Origin: Haliotis rufescens
Lineage: Eukaryota
Direction of reading: 5' to 3'
DNA: 64,000 nucleotides
Assembly: GCF_023055435.1 (NCBI RefSeq)
Contig: NW_025964372.1
Location: 21,576,001 to 21,640,000, forward strand
In this document: positions 62,896 through 64,000 of the stretch, piece by piece
Numbering within the stretch: position 1 is the stretch's first letter
Layout: every line of letters starts with the position of its first letter
Program-made: the position numbers and the translations under genes
Notes under the pieces: generated by a model
Database searches by the model: none
What the model saw: only the letters and a program-made list of their open reading frames with translations
What the model was told of the DNA's origin: nothing

Positions 62896-64000
62896 GAGGT
62901 AAACAGGGTATGGTGGAAGTCTAACCTCACGGCGGTGTGTGTAAACACGAGGTAGTGGAGGTTTAACCTCTCGATGGTGTATGCAAACACGAGGTAGTGG
63001 AGGTTTAACCTCTCGATGGTGTTTGTAAACACGAGGTAGTGGAGGTTTAACCTCACGATGGTGTGTGTAAACACGAGGTAGTGGAGGTTTAACCTCACGA
63101 TGGTGTGTGTAAACACGAGGTAGAGGAAGTCTAACCTCACGGTTGTGTGTGTAAACACGAGGTAGTGGAGGTTTAACCTCACGATGGTGTGTGTAAACAC
63201 GAGGTAGAGGAAGTCTAACCTCACGTAGATGTGTGTAAACAAGAGGTAGTGGAAGTCTAACCTCACGTAGATGTGTGTAAACACGAGGTAGTGGAAGTCT
63301 AACCTCACGATGGTGTGTGTAAACACGAGGTAGTGGAGGTTTAACCTCACGGTGGTGTGTGTAAACACGAGGTAGTGGAGGTTTAACCTCACGGCGATGT
63401 GTGTAAACACGAGGTAGTGGAGGTTTAACCTCACGGTGGTGTGTGTAAACACGAGGTAGTGAAGGTTTAACCTCACGGCGGTGTGTGTAAACACGAGGTA
63501 GTGGAGGTTTAACCTCACGTAGATGTGGGTAAACACGAGGTAGTAGAAGTTTAACCTCACGGTGGTGTGTGTAAACACGAGGTAGTGGAAGTCTAACCTC
63601 ACGGTGGTGTGTGTAAACACGAGTTAGTGGAGGTTTAACCTCACGGCGATGTGTGTAAACACGAGGTAGTGGAGGTTTAACCTCACGGTGGTGTGTGTAA
63701 ACACGAGGTAGTGGAGGTTTAACCTCACGGCGGTGTGTGTAAACACGAGGTAGTGGAGGTTTAACCTCACGGCGATGTGTGTAAACACGAGGTAGTGGAG
63801 GTTTAACCTCACGATGGTGTGTGTAAACAGGGGGTAGTGGAGGTTTAACCTCACGAAGATGTGTTTAAACACGAGTTAGTTGAAGTCTAACCTCACGATG
63901 GTGTGTGTAAACAGGAGGTAGTTGAGGTTTAACCTCACGATAGTGTGTGTAAACACGAGAAAGTGGAGTTTTAACCTCACGAAGATGTGTGTAAACACGA
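62896..64000. repeat. 42-bp minisatellite (GTAAACACGAGGTAGTGGAGGTTTAACCTCACGATGGTGTGT), about 26 copies, runs off the window end
   Basis: Directly visible. Confidence 0.97.

Noticed and set aside
62868-63872. 250-aa and 82-aa repeat ORFs as annotated CDS
   Set aside because: They are products of a 42-bp minisatellite with non-ATG starts and an internal stop; kept only as a low-probability hypothesis.

Overview
Eukaryotic, AT-rich, intron- and SINE-rich animal DNA. The SINE families and lectin types suggest a gastropod mollusc such as abalone; this is an inference. Spliced genes were reconstructed by hand from GT-AG boundaries and frame continuity. Left half (housekeeping): the last exon of an FBXL6-like gene (+), a complete 10-exon adenylate kinase 8 (AK8, -, 479 aa), a 6-exon COQ4 (-, 305 aa) and a 2-exon DNLZ/Hep1 (+) that is head-to-head with COQ4 across about 225 bp. 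Right half: a cluster of three secreted lectin genes. One is a miniature 115-aa C-type lectin domain protein lacking the long loop (+). The other two are a tail-to-tail pair of 298-aa F-type/C-type lectin chimeras (+ and -) whose canonical sugar-binding motifs are altered in both domains. Other elements include a decayed Tc1 DD34E transposon, several MITEs, four SINE families, a 1.5-1.8 kb-arm inverted duplication, four minisatellites, and a minimal type-I hammerhead ribozyme in a terminally redundant unit of about 360 bp inside a lectin intron. Most ORFs in the supplied track are spurious.
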